Part shown: positions 53,861 to 64,000 of the stretch, piece after piece
How positions within the stretch are numbered: the stretch's first letter is position 1
Layout: each line of letters opens with the position of its first letter
DNA from: the human T2T-CHM13v2.0 reference genome, Homo sapiens
Reading direction: 5' to 3' (one strand)
NCBI RefSeq assembly: GCF_009914755.1
Contig: NC_060933.1
DNA: 64,000 nt
Position numbers and translations under genes: made by a program
The notes under the pieces: generated by a model
Seen by the model: only the letters and a program-made list of their open reading frames with translations
Database searches by the model: none
Told to the model about the DNA's origin: nothing

Positions 53861-54009
53861 TGGTGTACTGTTTTAATAGAATGCAGAAACAATGCTAAGT
53901 GTGAATCTTAAATACTTAATATTGAGTAAAAGGTGCCAGATGCACCAGGATACAGACTTTTACTCCAATTATGTAAGAGAAAAACCAGGCAAAATCAGAC
54001 TTTACTTTA

Positions 54010-54357
<348 letters not shown>

Positions 54358-54639
54358 TTATATCTGTTACTAATAAGGGGAAGGAAGACTTTAGGATTAG
54401 TTAGGGGCATACAGAGGACTTCTCGGTGGTGATAGTGCTCTATTTCTTCACCTGGATAGATATCACACAGATGTTTATTTAATAATTGATGTATCCATAC
54501 CTTTGTTTGCATATTTTAAAATAAGAATGAAATAGAGGAAAGGAAGGTGAATGGAAAGAGATTTCTCCATTCATCAAAATTTTAAAGTCATGTTTTTCCT
54601 CAGGTTCTTCTCCAAGCTCAGTCTGAAATGACGAAAGCA

Positions 54640-54890
54640 GCCAAGCATGGTGGCTCATGCCTGTAATCTCAGCATTTTGGGAGGCTGAGGCAGATGGATC
54701 ACCTGCGGTCAGGAGCTAAGACCAGCCTGGCCAACATGCTAAAACCTCATCTCTACTAAAAATACAAAAATTAGCTAGGCGTGGTGGTGGGCACCTATAA
54801 TCCCAGCTACTCGGGAGGCTACAGTGAGCTGAGATCACATCACTTGACTCAAAAGAGTGAAACTCTGTCTCAAAACAAAACAGCAACAAC
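54640..54890 (+). mobile_element. AluS with right-arm deletion
   Basis: ctactcgggaggct joined directly to acagtgagc. Confidence 0.88.
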
Positions 54891-55146
54891 AATGACAAAG
54901 GAAACAGGAAAACATCCTCAATAATAGAGGACTTACCAAATTGGGTGCAGCCACTCATACTGTGTCTTGATTTGTAGATAAAGAAAATGATGACCCTCCC
55001 TAGGTACTGATTTAGAGTGACATTTCTGTGAAAATAGAGAAATACTTACATATCCATAGAACACATATATGCATTTAAAATCGTATATGAGCATGACATA
55101 TACATACATATTTGTGTGCATGACACCTGCATCCTTGTATGTTTAA

Positions 55147-56323
<1,177 letters not shown>

Positions 56324-56340
56324 ACATTTCTTAGACCTCT

Positions 56341-56580
56341 GAAAAGATGCTCAACACCATATGTCACTAGGGGATTCAAATTAAAACAACGATGTGATAC
56401 CATTACACATCTCTTAGACTGGCTTGAATGCAAACACCAACACCAAATGCTGGTGAAGATATGGAGCGACAGGAACTCATCTCTATTTCTGCTGAGAATG
56501 CAAAGTGGGACAGCCACTGTGGAAGGCAGTTTTGCAAGTTCCTGCCAGACTAAACATATGCTTACCATACGATCCGGCAA
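56341..56580 (+). mobile_element. L1MC segment that in the consensus lies immediately upstream of 55147-55835
   Basis: gaaaagatgctcaacaccatatgtcactagg...caaatgctggtgaagatatggagcgacaggaactc...ctaaacatatgcttaccatacgatccggcaa. Confidence 0.85.
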
Positions 56581-57155
56581 AAAAGTGAAATTTTAAAAAT
56601 ATATTTTATATACTTGAAACATATACATTTAAATAAATATATATTTTATATATATTTTAAAATAATATATATTTTTATTTTTTGTAGAGACAGTCTCTAC
56701 AGACCATAGCCTGCAGATTCTATTAATTTTAAAAGCATTTTAAACTCTTGAACAAGAAATTATTTGAAGAGTGAAAAATAAAATGATAGAGTATTGATTG
56801 GTAAATTCCAAATGTTATATATTACATAATCTGGATTAATTTTAAATTCCAAAAAGTGCAACTTTAAAAAATATTTTAAAAATTTCCTAATCTGAGGTCA
56901 ATCCTAGTTCAACACATTCAAGAGCTGATTTCAGAGGAGACATAAGGTCAACAAGTTCTTAGGTTTTGACTTTGTTTTCTGACTATTTGTGTTTGTGAAT
57001 GGTGAATTTTTAGATTTTGTTCCTTTCTTCTTAGGGTATTGACTAATATTTTATTAAGCCGGAGAGACAGTAAATTAGAATTATCTGTTTGTCCATTTTA
57101 TCTGTTATAAGTATTTCCTCCAAATTCACTTATCTAAAGTTTTTGGTTTATTTAG

Positions 57156-58744
<1,589 letters not shown>

Positions 58745-59044
58745 TCAGCCAAGTCATCAGCTATCAGAACAGGAAGCCATCAGGTAATATATCAAGTTGA
58801 TATATTGAGAAGGAGCAGGATCTACCTATTATATAATATAGAGATAAGCACTCAGATATATAGATTAGAAATAGTTTAGAAAATTTAGACATTTGATTAT
58901 TCAGGAAGTAGATCTGGGAGTATTGGAGAAACAGGGTGGGGGAGTAGACTGCATGGAAAGCTCTTTCTTAGTTTGTGATTTTTCATTTATGCACATAGGT
59001 TTCTTACATAATATGGAAAATTCAATTAAAGAAGAAACAACATT

Positions 59045-59585
59045 GTGTTCTGAGGTCCCAAAGGTGTAGTGATTAATTAGAAAGACTCACAAAACCGAGT
59101 GAAGCTGTTTTACTCATAGTTTATTACAACAAAAAGATACAGATTAAAATCAGCAGCAGAAAAAGGTGCACAGGTCAGAGTCCAGGAGAGACAAAGCACA
59201 AGCTTCCAGTTGTCCTCTCCCAGTGACATCGTGTGGACAGTGCTTAATTCACCCAGCGATATGTGGCAAACAGTATAGAATATACTCCCCAACAAAAAGC
59301 TTACCTGAGCCTTGGTGTTGGAGCATTTTACTGGAGGGTGGTCACATGGACAAGAACACCCATTTGGATGACATTAGTTTCTCTGTCTCCACCCTTCCCA
59401 AGGTCAAGCTGACACTGCATGGTCCAAGGTCCCCATAATAAATCACGTTGTTAACTCCCAGATAGGCAGGAGAGTCCGAGGACTTAGAGGTTATTTCCTG
59501 GGAACTAGGATAGAGTCACACCATTCTTTGGAGTATGCCAGGTTTGGGCAATTCAGGCCTACTAAGTTTCCTTGACTGCACACAA
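59045..59585 (-). mobile_element. MER21-like LTR
   Basis: gtttattacaacaaaaagatacagattaaaatcagc...gcacaagcttccagttgtcctctcccagtg. Confidence 0.7.
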
Positions 59586-59674
59586 GTGATAGTATGTAGG
59601 AAATGAGTAGTTGCATATATTGCTGGTGAAAGTACAGTGTTATATAACCCTTTGGAAAGAAATCAAGTATGTAG

Positions 59675-60320
<646 letters not shown>

Positions 60321-60691
60321 TGTATATGTTATTGTATGTATGTGTATATATTAAGTTGTATATACCCATATTAAATATATATACATATATTACACTTTAC
60401 ACACATACACTTGTTTCCTCATGCAATTTGTTTCAGCAGAAGTAAAAACTAACAAAGTTATAAGTAAAAGAATATTTACAGAAGCACTATTTTTGGTGGC
60501 AAAAGTACTTTAATATCTTAAATGCTCATATAATGAAAGATACTTTAACTCTCACAAAGAATGTGTCAGCATTTTATCTACTATAAAGGTATCCTAATAT
60601 CTTTATACCTAAAGTGATATATGTGGCCAATTTTTATATTAAAAAAGGAGAATGCTTTATAATTAAAGAAAAAAGAAAGAAACGTTATATA

Positions 60692-60985
60692 ATAGCCCTC
60701 CCTTATCTGCAGGAGATGTGTTTTAAGACCCGCAGTGGATGCCTGAAACTTGGGTAGCATTGACCCAATTGCTTTCAATCAGAACACATTTCTGTTTGAT
60801 TTCCACTCACAAATTTAATGCCTTTTTCATCTTAACTAAGCACTTATCACACATGTGGCTGTACTTTTTAGAGCTTGGGGTGCAACAAACAAGACTAACA
60901 GAAATTTCTTTTTCCTTCTTACATTTTCACCGCTAGAGGATTTGTTCTTACCATCGATCTTAGCAACCTGAGCACACGACTTCTC
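60692..60985 (+). mobile_element. MER44/Tigger7-like DNA transposon fragment
   Basis: cccttatctgcaggagatgtgttttaagacccgcagtggatgcctgaaac and ttttcatcttaactaagcacttatcac. Confidence 0.7.
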
Positions 60986-61398
60986 TCTTTTTCTTTCTTT
61001 CTTCCTTTCTTTCTCTTTCTTTCTTTCTCTCTTTCTTTCTTTCTTGTTTCTTTCTTTCTTTATCTTTCTTTCATCTTTCTTTTTTTCTCTTTATTTTATG
61101 TATTTACTTATTTATTGAGATGGAATCTCAGTCTGTCATCCAGGTTGGAGGGCAGTAATGCAATATTGGCTCACTGCAAACTTCTCCTCCCGGGTTCAAG
61201 AGATTCTCGTGCCTCCGCCTCCCAAGTAGCTGGGATTAAGGCCCTCACCACCGTGCCCAAATAATTTTTGTATTTTTTGTAGTGATGGGGTTTCACCACG
61301 TTGGCCAGGTTAGTCTCGAACTCCTAACCTCAAAAGATCCACCCGCTTCAGTCTCCCAAAGTGCTGCGGTTACAGGCATGAGCCACCACGCCTGGCCT
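60985..61398 (-). mobile_element. AluS with expanded (TTTC)n tail
   Basis: CT-rich tract 60985-61095 leading into an Alu reverse complement. Confidence 0.9.
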
Positions 61399-61707
61399 GT
61401 ATATTCTGTTGTTTGCTGGCCAATACTTACATGAATCTTGGAGAACATCATGGAAAGTTGCTCATCATCTTGTTAACTGGTTATTTCAAGAGTGGAACTG
61501 GAGGGGGAATACTGCCTTTCCTGTGTATTTATTTGTAATGTTTCATTTTCATTATGAACATGTATTATTTTAATATGTTTAAATATTAATAAAGACAGGT
61601 AAATATATGTAATTTTAATTCAAGCTGAAATCCTCAAGGCAATCACATATAATTAAATAGATGGAGGAAAGAAAACATTTAAAATCCCTGAAGGAAAAGG
61701 AGGGAAG

Positions 61708-62387
<680 letters not shown>

Positions 62388-63599
62388 ACACTTTGTGGGA
62401 CCAATTCCAATTGAGTCCAGGGGAGCACACACTGGCAACAAACATCCTCCCTCAGGTCCCTTCAGGGTCGAGAGAGTGCATCTGGAACAGACTGGGAAAC
62501 TCCAGCAGGCAAAGTAGGGTGTCAGGAATAGACACCACCTGACACATTCTCCATGTTCCCTCCACCCACCCCTCTCCCCACCAGTCTTCCATCGGGCTCC
62601 AATTCTGCACTCTCCCCAATAACCTCAGATTGAAACATTGCAAGGAAGACACCGATACTCAAAGTCACAGGCTTAGGAATCTGAGCTACAAAGAAAAATG
62701 AGTCCCTGCTCCCCCAACTGCATGGTACTCCCCTCAGCACTGCTGCCCTGCACCTGCCCCCTCCTCCATAATTTGAACTGTCCTCACAGAAGCTGGAGAG
62801 ATGGCCCGCCTGTCAGGAAAGAGAGGACCAGCATGTGGCAAATGCCTGGGGTATGTAGGAGCAGATGGTGAGATTAGCACAAGGATGTAAGAAACAAGTG
62901 GCTCTCAGACCAAAGAAGACTCTGCGGGAGACAGAACATTAAGCCTTCATAGGGGCGTGCGCTGGACAGCAGCTCCCCAGTTACCGAAACAATTATCTGA
63001 GAAAGGCTCTGAGCTGACCCGAAACGCCCTTGGATCCCATGGCAACGCCTCAGCGTCTGGCAGTAATAGGCTTCTGTACCCAGAATCTCTAGGTCTGGAG
63101 GTCCCAACTCCACCAGCCTCTCACAGCCCAGAGGTACCTCCCATTGGCGCCTGATGGGTTTGGGAGGCTGTTCTTCCAGCTGTGACAGATCCAGCCTAGG
63201 AGCGCTCCTGGGTCTTCTCAGTTGTTTCTTCCCGCACACCTGCCACTCGAAGCCACAACCCACTTGCACGCCACCTTGAGGACACCTTAAAATGACCGTC
63301 TAGATCTGAACCTCGCTGAGGGAATGGTCAGTTTTACTCCCATTAGATGGCTTGGCCCAAAGGACCTAGCAACCACCCAGACAAAAATTTCTTCCTAAAA
63401 GCTGCATGTGTCTGTGGTCTCTAAGAGGCAAAACTAAACCCTAAAGAAAAAGCTAACCCACCCCCACCTCCACTGCAAAACAAAAACAAAAACAAAACCC
63501 ACCACCAACCCACCCTTCATGTGAGGGGTCCTTGAGAAGGGCCTCCCCAGCCAGGACAAGGCAAGGGAATCTGTGCACTTGGCCAGACCCAGAACACAC

Positions 63600-63920
63600 A
63601 GTGTCAGGGACCTGACAGTCACACTCTGACCCCATAGAATTTCCACCACTGACACACAGATCAGGATGTGTCAGCCTGAGAGATGACACCACAAATCTGG
63701 CTTTCACATATTGATTCCACACACATCCCATCACTGACACCAGATTCCCTCATCACTGACCCTACATACCCACAATCATTGATTCCATGGACCTCATCAC
63801 TATCCCAAAGACCACCCATCACTAATCTACAGATCGTCATCTCTCACCCCAGGGACCTCACAGATTCCCCATCCCTGATTCCAGGATCTATAGAACTTCA
63901 TCTCTTACCCCCACAGACCT
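63600..63920. repeat. Degenerate C/A-rich minisatellite-like region
   Basis: Recurrent catcact(ga/at/aa) and gattcc units, e.g. cccatcactgac, ctcatcactgac, ctcatcactat, cccatcactaa. Confidence 0.5.
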
Positions 63921-64000
63921 ATTAATAAAAGGATACATTCATAGGAGACTGTGTTGACCCTTTTACATACCCATTGCCTGTGTGTGCCGATTAATGGACT

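Noticed and set aside
56690-56720. Resemblance to the 5S rRNA 5' end
   Set aside because: Only a short partial match with no continuation; better explained by the palindrome

Overview
Primate (human-like) non-coding genomic DNA with no credible protein-coding gene; the ORF-track entries are Alu, LTR, Tigger1 or satellite translations, or chance ORFs. The window has two compositionally different halves. The left half (1 to ~35.6 kb) is GC-richer and MIR/L2-rich, with a CpG island (~15.8-16.85 kb), several repeat-free homeodomain/TALE-motif-dense elements that look like developmental enhancers, an RNY1 retropseudogene and a promoter-like element at ~35.2-35.6 kb. That element abuts a single SST1/NBL2-like macrosatellite unit (~35.6-37.4 kb). 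The right half is AT-richer and dense in Alu, L1, LTR and DNA transposons, including a complete THE1A element and a large Tigger1 fragment. It carries two clear non-retrotranspositional rearrangements: a ~400-bp templated copy inserted into Tigger1, and an L1MC whose two halves are in swapped order. The overall picture suggests a pericentromeric segmental-duplication mosaic in which a euchromatic regulatory landscape is joined to SST1. A HOXC-3'/FAM242-type source is my unverified recollection. Repeat names come from remembered consensus sequences, and boundaries of old repeats are approximate. I see no strong evidence for a new biological system; the best leads are the displaced enhancer cluster and the repair scars.
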